Positions 26,748 to 32,683 of a stretch of DNA of 32,683 nt are shown one piece after another. This DNA is from Sulfurimonadaceae bacterium. Its GTDB lineage: Bacteria > Campylobacterota > Campylobacteria > Campylobacterales > Sulfurimonadaceae. A model generated the notes under the pieces. That model ran no database searches. It was not told the origin of the DNA and worked only from the letters and a program-made list of their open reading frames with translations. The stretch covers positions 1-32,683 of the forward strand of contig JBFFUI010000025.1 in NCBI GenBank assembly GCA_041571435.1, given 5' to 3'. The position numbers and the translations under genes were made by a program. Positions within the stretch are counted from its first letter, which is position 1. Each line of letters begins with the position of its first letter.

Positions 26748-28133
26748 ATGCCTTTTATGGAACGTCTGCACAGTGCATTGATCTTGAAAACGCCGATGTA
26801 TAATCCACATGAAGCCTATATTATCGAGCATACACACGAGATCTTCTATGAGACCATTATCAACAATCAGAGTGCGCAGATGGTGCAGATGATCATTGAG
26901 GGTTTTGATGTAGACTTTCATGAACTCGGAAAAACCCCTCCGTTGATCTTTGCGATCAAGTACAACAAAAAAGAGATCATCGAGACCCTGCTGCTTTATG
27001 GCGCCAATGTCAACATCCAGGACAGAGAAGGCAACACCCCGCTCCATTTTGCTCTGAAATTTGAATACCATGAACTGATGACGACACTCCTGCATTACGG
27101 CGGTGATGTCAAAATTGCCAACAATGAAGGGCTCTCCCCCTTCGACTTGGCGTCAAAAGAGCAAAGGGAGATGATCAGCAAGGTTGTCTCTTTGGTCGAT
27201 ACCAGTGAGCACGACATCTTTGAAACTGCCCGTTCAGGTGACCTTAACCGTCTTGTTCACAGCGTCCACAGACACAAGCAGCTCTTCAGTACCAATGAGG
27301 ACGGTCAGTCTCTGCTGCATCTGGCCATCCTCAGCAATAACATCAAAGCCGTGTTGTACCTGCTCAACAAAGGGCTCGACATCGATGCCGAAGACAACGA
27401 CTCTCTTACACCGTTGATCATCGCGATGAGCCATGTGCGTTACTTGAACATAGCGATTTTACTGCTTGATCGTCATGCCACGATCGAACATATCTCTGCC
27501 AAGGGGCACAGTGCCCTGAGCGTCGCTATACGCAACAACAACCCGGAGGGGGCGAAGGTGTTGATCAAACGGGGTGCCAACATCAACATTGCGGATAACG
27601 CCCATACCCCTTTGACCCTCACCCACATCGCCCTGCTCCAATATCATGACAATGCCCAGTCATACCGGGAGCTTGAAACACTTCTCTTAAGCAAAGGGGC
27701 GAAGGTCGATGTCTCTCTGAACTCGCTCGGCTGGACCCCGCTGTGCACTACCGTAACCAAAGTACAGGACCAGCCCAACAGAGATCACATCCGTCTCCTA
27801 TTGCAGCTCGGTGCCGACGTCAACTATCTTGATATCAACGGCCGGACCCCACTGATGCTCGCCGCGTCCATGGGCCGACTCGCCTCCGTCGAGATACTGA
27901 TGAAAAATTACGCCGACGTTGACACGATCGACAATTTTGGCTGGAGTGCCTTGATGTTCGGGGTCTACTACAACCATATCGACGTCGTGACCTTTATGCT
28001 TGAGAGCGGTGTCAACCCCAACCTGCTCTCACCGCAAGGTTTGACTGCGCTTAAGATCGCACAGGAGCATAAACGCATCAAGATGGTGGAGTTGCTGCTT
28101 GAATACGGAGCGATGCCGATCAAAGAGGATTGA
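26748..28133 (+). CDS. Ankyrin repeat protein
   Basis: Many ankyrin repeats (GNTPLHFA, GQSLLHLA, SLTPLIIA, GWTPLCTT, GRTPLMLAA, GWSALMFG, GLTALKIA). Start re-called at ATG 26748 behind AAGGAG. Confidence 0.92.
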   Translation: MPFMERLHSALILKTPMYNPHEAYIIEHTHEIFYETIINNQSAQMVQMIIEGFDVDFHELGKTPPLIFAIKYNKKEIIETLLLYGANVNIQDREGNTPLHFALKFEYHELMTTLLHYGGDVKIANNEGLSPFDLASKEQREMISKVVSLVDTSEHDIFETARSGDLNRLVHSVHRHKQLFSTNEDGQSLLHLAILSNNIKAVLYLLNKGLDIDAEDNDSLTPLIIAMSHVRYLNIAILLLDRHATIEHISAKGHSALSVAIRNNNPEGAKVLIKRGANINIADNAHTPLTLTHIALLQYHDNAQSYRELETLLLSKGAKVDVSLNSLGWTPLCTTVTKVQDQPNRDHIRLLLQLGADVNYLDINGRTPLMLAASMGRLASVEILMKNYADVDTIDNFGWSALMFGVYYNHIDVVTFMLESGVNPNLLSPQGLTALKIAQEHKRIKMVELLLEYGAMPIKED

Positions 28134-28148
28134 TACCACCCGTATCTT

Positions 28149-30953
28149 TTAAAAAGAGAAGCCGCCCAACACAAATCTGAAATTGTGTTTCTCTTGTGTA
28201 TTGTCATTATAGATATACTCAAAATTCAGAGGGACACTTAAGCGGTTCATCACGATGATCTCCAGGGTCAGACCGGCTGTAGACTCGTTATAACGCGTGT
28301 GGGCGCGCCACGCATTGGGCTGTCCGAAATCCTCTATATTGTAGTAGCGCTGTTTGAGATAGAGGGCTTCTCTTGTCAAAGAGAGCGGGAACGTGAAGAA
28401 AAGAAGGCGGGCATCAAACTGTTTTTGCAAAGCGAGCTCACCGACACCGGCCTGTTTGACAAAACGGGTGTACTCCAGAGAGGGCATGACGACCGTTGCC
28501 GGGTCATTAGCAAGCGCACTTTGAAAACTGCTGAACTTCACGCCGCGTGTAAAATCACGCACACTCGTAAGAACGCTTTCTCGATCATACTCCGAGCGCA
28601 CCCCTTTAAGACCCATCCCTATAAAAAACTTTCCGGGCATGTCGTGCGCTAACCTGTAATCAAACCCGTACGCCGGATCGCCCCGATCATAGCTCCCAAA
28701 TAACGAGAGCGCATTGAGATAGTTGACAAACATCGACTGGCCGAAATGTTCGCTGTGCGAAAAGCTTGCCTCAAGAGAGAGCGGCGAACGGGCATTGTCG
28801 TCATAGTCCTGATAATAGTTCAGCCGTAGATCACTGCGGTCGTAACCGCTCTTTACAAGCGGAAGCTGCATATAGGCTGAAAGACCGTAGTCGCGGCTCT
28901 CTTTAGCAATCGTGTACGCAATTTCGCTGTAACGGTTCGTCGATGCATCATACAGGTGATAGCTGTTGTCATCCCCGCTATTGTAGACACCATAAAACGT
29001 GGCACCGAACTCCAGCAGATGAGCGTCGTTCAGATAGGTGAGTCCAGCCGTTCCTACCTCATCCATACCGCTCTGGGCAAAGAGTACGAAGGCGTTGCTC
29101 AAGAGCGGATCGACAAAACTGGCAGCGACCGCATAATTGAAAATGGTATCGCCGTTTTTGCTGCCGAGCCCAAAACTGAGCAGTGTCCCTGCGTAGTGGA
29201 GGTCCATCGGACCGTAATAGGGAGTATCCAGTGTCATTGGGCTTCTCTCTTCGATCCTATCTCCGCTTCCGTCAGCAAAAGCAACCCGGCCGAAATAGGG
29301 TTTATCTTCAAAAAAGAGTGTCGTATTGTAGGGGCTCTCCTCACGACTCTCAATCCTATTGGTGACGTAGTAGTACGCTTCACTTCCTATCGCCGCGATG
29401 AGCACCTCCTCGTCATTGATTAGACGTGCTTCGACCACGTTGTCGGAAGAAGAGACGCGCTGCACATTCCCGTTGGCGAAACGGTAAAGGCTGCTTCCAT
29501 TTTTACTGTTTGCTACAAAATAGACATTTCCCCTGCTGTCCAGACCGCTCACAAGACCGTAATACCCCTGATACGCATAGAGCGGTGTCCTGTTTTTATA
29601 GAGGATACGCTGCTTCCCCTTTTGCACAAAGTAGTAGAGGTTATCCTCTGCATCGATATAGACCGATGAGTTTACTTGCGCGTAGAAACTCTCCCCCACA
29701 TAGAGCTGCGGCTGATCGAACGAAGAGGGGATATCGAAATAGACCTCCGAGCCGTCTTGAAGGTAGCCCTGGATCACCTTCGACCCACTCCCATTTTTGA
29801 TCTTGCCGTTGTCGTCATACAGACCTATTTGAATCGTTGTCGCTCCCGAAAACCCGCTGGCCTGCGTGAAGTAGCTGTCGTCTTTGCGGATGAGCCTGTT
29901 TTGGAAAAAACTCTTTCGCTCCCTGGTAAGCACCTTCTCTTTTTTTGAAAACTGCACCACTTCCGGCGCACGCTGGGCATCCGAGACCATGAAATAGATC
30001 GTTTCACTATCGCTGTTGAGCGGCGTAAATATCTTCGACGTCGCCACGTTCTCCCCCTCAGCCTCGACAAACGCCTGCGACTGCTCCAGAAGCCAGAGAT
30101 TATAGCCGGCCATCGCCTCTTCGTAACTCTCGCCAAAAGTCATCCTGAAAATATGGTTGATCCTAAAGGGCCATAGCCAGGACTTGGAGTGGTTGTAAAA
30201 GAAGCTATTGACCTTCTCCAGCCCGTATTTTTCTGCCAGATAGAGTTGAAAGAATCCGCCGACAATATAGTGCCTGTCATAATAGGGAAAGTCATGTGTC
30301 GTCTGGTTGTAGAGAAATTGTGGATTGATCTGTCCAGCTCTGGCCTGCATGATGCTCTCTGCCTTGAAACGGCCGCTGTAGAGACGCCCGCCGTTACCGT
30401 GCCACGACTCGTTCAGCACCGCATTTCCCTCCAGAAGATAGGAGCTGATCGTCATATTCGGCAGTGTGAAAAGCGGAAAGTACCCGGCCGTCATCAGGCC
30501 GTTACCCAGAACACTATGCAATCCCCGTGTGACAGCGCTGGCTTTGGCGTTGATATGATAGTTGTGTGCGGTCTCATGATACAAAAGCGTATTGAGCCAT
30601 GACGTCGATGTAAAGTAGTCCGTCTTCAATGCACCGCCGATGTAGTTGATCTGCAGATTATAGGGGTATTGTGTTGAAAAGCCGTTCGCGATCTGGTTTT
30701 GCTGGGAGATGATCCCGACATGCAGAAGCGCATCCATCTCATAACCGAAAGAGTACTTATACTCTCTGTTGATCATGGGTTCGAGTGCTATCGCCTGCTC
30801 AGCTGCATACCTGTTCTGCTCGGTAAAGATGACCTCCACATCCTCTTGTTCCATCTTGTAATACTGTTCGTCACCCGGAACAATCGCCATACCGGCGTAC
30901 AGTAAAGGGACAAGTGATGAGAAGAGTAAAAAAATATAGGCATATGGTTTCAT
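28149..30953 (-). CDS. Large secreted/outer-membrane protein with N-terminal HExxH metallopeptidase-like domain and probable C-terminal beta-barrel
   Basis: Signal peptide; HETAH...LLEGNAV; aromatic beta-rich middle; C-terminal strands ending FVLGGFSF. Confidence 0.75.
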   Translation of the reverse strand: MKPYAYIFLLFSSLVPLLYAGMAIVPGDEQYYKMEQEDVEVIFTEQNRYAAEQAIALEPMINREYKYSFGYEMDALLHVGIISQQNQIANGFSTQYPYNLQINYIGGALKTDYFTSTSWLNTLLYHETAHNYHINAKASAVTRGLHSVLGNGLMTAGYFPLFTLPNMTISSYLLEGNAVLNESWHGNGGRLYSGRFKAESIMQARAGQINPQFLYNQTTHDFPYYDRHYIVGGFFQLYLAEKYGLEKVNSFFYNHSKSWLWPFRINHIFRMTFGESYEEAMAGYNLWLLEQSQAFVEAEGENVATSKIFTPLNSDSETIYFMVSDAQRAPEVVQFSKKEKVLTRERKSFFQNRLIRKDDSYFTQASGFSGATTIQIGLYDDNGKIKNGSGSKVIQGYLQDGSEVYFDIPSSFDQPQLYVGESFYAQVNSSVYIDAEDNLYYFVQKGKQRILYKNRTPLYAYQGYYGLVSGLDSRGNVYFVANSKNGSSLYRFANGNVQRVSSSDNVVEARLINDEEVLIAAIGSEAYYYVTNRIESREESPYNTTLFFEDKPYFGRVAFADGSGDRIEERSPMTLDTPYYGPMDLHYAGTLLSFGLGSKNGDTIFNYAVAASFVDPLLSNAFVLFAQSGMDEVGTAGLTYLNDAHLLEFGATFYGVYNSGDDNSYHLYDASTNRYSEIAYTIAKESRDYGLSAYMQLPLVKSGYDRSDLRLNYYQDYDDNARSPLSLEASFSHSEHFGQSMFVNYLNALSLFGSYDRGDPAYGFDYRLAHDMPGKFFIGMGLKGVRSEYDRESVLTSVRDFTRGVKFSSFQSALANDPATVVMPSLEYTRFVKQAGVGELALQKQFDARLLFFTFPLSLTREALYLKQRYYNIEDFGQPNAWRAHTRYNESTAGLTLEIIVMNRLSVPLNFEYIYNDNTQEKHNFRFVLGGFSF

Positions 30954-31097
30954 TATCTATTTCGTGACCGTTTGGATTTACATTAATTATAGCCAGTGGT
31001 ATATTAAAAGGTAAGCGCAAAAGCCAACAAATAATACAGAGTTTGTATACAGTAAAAGTCTAGAATTGATGAAGATTGTGTTGGGGAGAGATGAGGA

Positions 31098-31116
31098 GGC
31101 GTACGTTACGTACGCC
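31098..31116. repeat. 19-bp palindrome downstream of the cytochrome c gene (hairpin; ERIC/REP-like core)
   Basis: GGCGTACGT-T-ACGTACGCC, with no U-tract on either side. Confidence 0.7.
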
Positions 31117-31157
31117 GAGTCAGCAGACGACGCAGCGAACGTCGAAGCTAGCTCTTT

Positions 31158-31490
31158 TTAGCCACAAGAAGGAACGTTTCCTGAATCAGAAGCATACTCG
31201 TAAAGGAAATCTTTAAGGTGCTCAGCATATTTTTGGAATTTTTTACCTTCAGCGTATTTTTCGCCTTTAGTACCTTTGTGCCATGCTTTGAAACCAGCAC
31301 CATTATCAGCGAATGCAGCTGCCCACTCTTCTTGAGTTTTCATAGCAGCACCTTTAGTACCGTTACCATGACATTTTTTACACTGCTTAAGGTATGCTTT
31401 TTGCCCTTTTTTGATATCTGCGTTTGCTGTTGAAGCGAACATACCTAGTGCAACTACTGATGCTAATAGAACTGAAGTTGATTTTTTCAT
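31158..31490 (-). CDS. Periplasmic monohaem cytochrome c
   Basis: Start re-called at ATG 31490 (MKKSTSVLL) behind an AAGGA SD; Sec signal ending ANA; single CKKCH haem motif; ends YASDSGNVPSCG. Confidence 0.9.
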   Translation of the reverse strand: MKKSTSVLLASVVALGMFASTANADIKKGQKAYLKQCKKCHGNGTKGAAMKTQEEWAAAFADNGAGFKAWHKGTKGEKYAEGKKFQKYAEHLKDFLYEYASDSGNVPSCG

Positions 31491-31589
31491 CCTATGATTC
31501 CTTGTGTTAAATTTGTGCCATTGTAGCATGGAAAAAGCCAAGTAAAGATAAATATCCAAACTAATGTAAAGAGTTTACTCTCGCGTTAC

Positions 31590-31931
31590 CTATTCGCCCA
31601 TCTCGTCAAACTCGTCTTCATCGCTTTCTACTGTCTTGACCGCTTGACGTATTTTGTCCTGGCGCATTTTACGGTTACTCGTGTGTTTGAGCTTTTCAAA
31701 CACTTTTTCATCGTCGATGCCCATCTCTTTCTTAATCGCATCATCATCAAAACCTGCCACCTGAAGGATATAGAGCTTCAGTTCACGCTTGGTCATGTTC
31801 TTTTTGAGGATGTTATAAAGCTCAACTTCATTACTGCTTATCAGCGATGTCTCGCATTTATAGAACTCGGCCAGTGTAGCACGGATCGACTTCTCGCCGT
31901 TGTATTTGTACCAGATAGAATTTTCTAACAT
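31590..31931 (-). CDS. Hypothetical protein (113 aa), possible sigma-4/LuxR-like HTH
   Basis: Start re-called at ATG 31931, 2 nt after the serB stop, with an AAGGA SD inside serB. MTKRELKLYILQVAGFDDDAIKKEMGI resembles an HTH entry. Confidence 0.7.
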   Translation of the reverse strand: MLENSIWYKYNGEKSIRATLAEFYKCETSLISSNEVELYNILKKNMTKRELKLYILQVAGFDDDAIKKEMGIDDEKVFEKLKHTSNRKMRQDKIRQAVKTVESDEDEFDEMGE

Positions 31932-31933
31932 AT

Positions 31934-32554
31934 TTATATTTCCTTCAAGATCAGTGAGAGATCTTTTTCCTCTATTATTATATTGGCCTCTTTTTTCAAG
32001 ATCTCTCTTGCACAAAAGGCGACGCGTGTACCCGCATGTGCGAACATACTCAGATCATTCGCTCCATCCCCGCAGACCATCGTCTCCTCTTTACTGACAC
32101 CCAGAATATTCTGGAGACGTACCAGCATGTCGCCTTTGGAGAAGTCAAACATCATGTCACCGCCGACCAGGCCGGTCAATTTGCCATCTTTGACATGCAG
32201 GGCGTTCGAAAAGTCTGCGTCGTAACCCAGGATATCTTTAGCATAGGTTGTTGCTGTTCTGAAACCGCCGCTGAAACAGACGACCGTCATGCCGCGCTTT
32301 TTCAATTCTGCAATCGTCTCGATTGCGCCCGGCATATACGGTAAGGAGTGGCTGATCTCTTCCACCTTTGAAAATTCAAGTCCTTTTAAGAGCCCCACTC
32401 TCTCCTGAAGCGACTCGAAAAAATCCAACTCTCCGGCCATAGCCCGTTCCGTGATATCGGAAACCTGTTCACCTATACCCAGTGCTTCTGCAAAAAAGTC
32501 GATCGTTTCGCCATCCATCAACGTAGAATCAAAATCAAACACACATAATTTCAT
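31934..32554 (-). CDS. serB: Phosphoserine phosphatase SerB
   Basis: FDFDSTL..GETID, ITERAMAGELDFFESL.ERV, SGGF and GDGANDLSM motifs. Confidence 0.96.
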   Translation of the reverse strand: MKLCVFDFDSTLMDGETIDFFAEALGIGEQVSDITERAMAGELDFFESLQERVGLLKGLEFSKVEEISHSLPYMPGAIETIAELKKRGMTVVCFSGGFRTATTYAKDILGYDADFSNALHVKDGKLTGLVGGDMMFDFSKGDMLVRLQNILGVSKEETMVCGDGANDLSMFAHAGTRVAFCAREILKKEANIIIEEKDLSLILKEI

Positions 32555-32575
32555 AAATAATTACTCATCTTTCGT

Positions 32576-32593
32576 TATAATCTCGCAATTATA
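32576..32593. promoter_or_regulatory. Interlocked divergent -10 boxes for metF (+) and serB (-)
   Basis: TATAAT on + at 32576-32581 and TATAAT on - at 32588-32593. Confidence 0.6.
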
Positions 32594-32609
32594 GCGTAGG
32601 AAGCCCTTT

Positions 32610-32683
32610 TTGTTTGAACAACTTATCGATAAACTGCAAAACTCGACATACATCACTCTTGAGACGACGCCGCCGCACTCCGC
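32610..32683 (+). CDS. metF: N-terminus of probable methylenetetrahydrofolate reductase (3'-truncated by window edge)
   Basis: TTG start behind an AGGA SD. Reads MFEQLIDKLQNSTYITLETTPPHS, with the ITLETTPP first strand typical of MetF. Only 24 codons are visible. Confidence 0.6.
   Translation, partial: MFEQLIDKLQNSTYITLETTPPHS

Noticed and set aside
1..32683. CRISPR arrays, tRNA/rRNA genes, transposases, integrases, prophage or defence genes
   Set aside because: None seen; the only repeats are coding low-complexity tracts and isolated hairpins.

Overview
This is a gene-dense, mostly housekeeping chromosomal window. It is most likely from a free-living Campylobacterota (Sulfurimonas/Sulfurovum-like) bacterium; I infer this from a DUF2603 gene, an HQWRQPL-type histidine kinase, TATAAT-dominated promoters and rpsF-ssb-rpsR without rplI. 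In order it holds the 3' part of a Zn/metal uptake operon, ddpX, a degraded lipoprotein-like ORF, a pentapeptide-repeat gene, truC, a fatty acid desaturase, a frameshifted DUF3817 gene, purL, an Rrf2 regulator, ppiC, a GreB-like factor and a Sel1 protein. It continues with rnr-holA-ABC-F, DUF2603, an esterase, an NMT1/THI5-domain sensor kinase, yedI, rlmF, hrpB, rpsF-ssb-rpsR, an ankyrin protein, a large HExxH outer-membrane protein, a monohaem cytochrome c, serB and the start of metF. I found no CRISPR array, tRNA/rRNA, transposase, integrase or obvious new multi-gene system. The most interesting signals are a Q/Y-rich, internally duplicated prion-like linker in SSB, a probable metallopeptidase-propeller-barrel outer-membrane protein, and several apparently leaderless genes. 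Also notable are an Rrf2 gene that seems to start at ATT, an interlocked bidirectional serB/metF promoter, a hidden 75-codon frame with two in-frame TGA codons, and an ERIC-like palindrome. All family assignments come from motif recognition by eye, not database searches.
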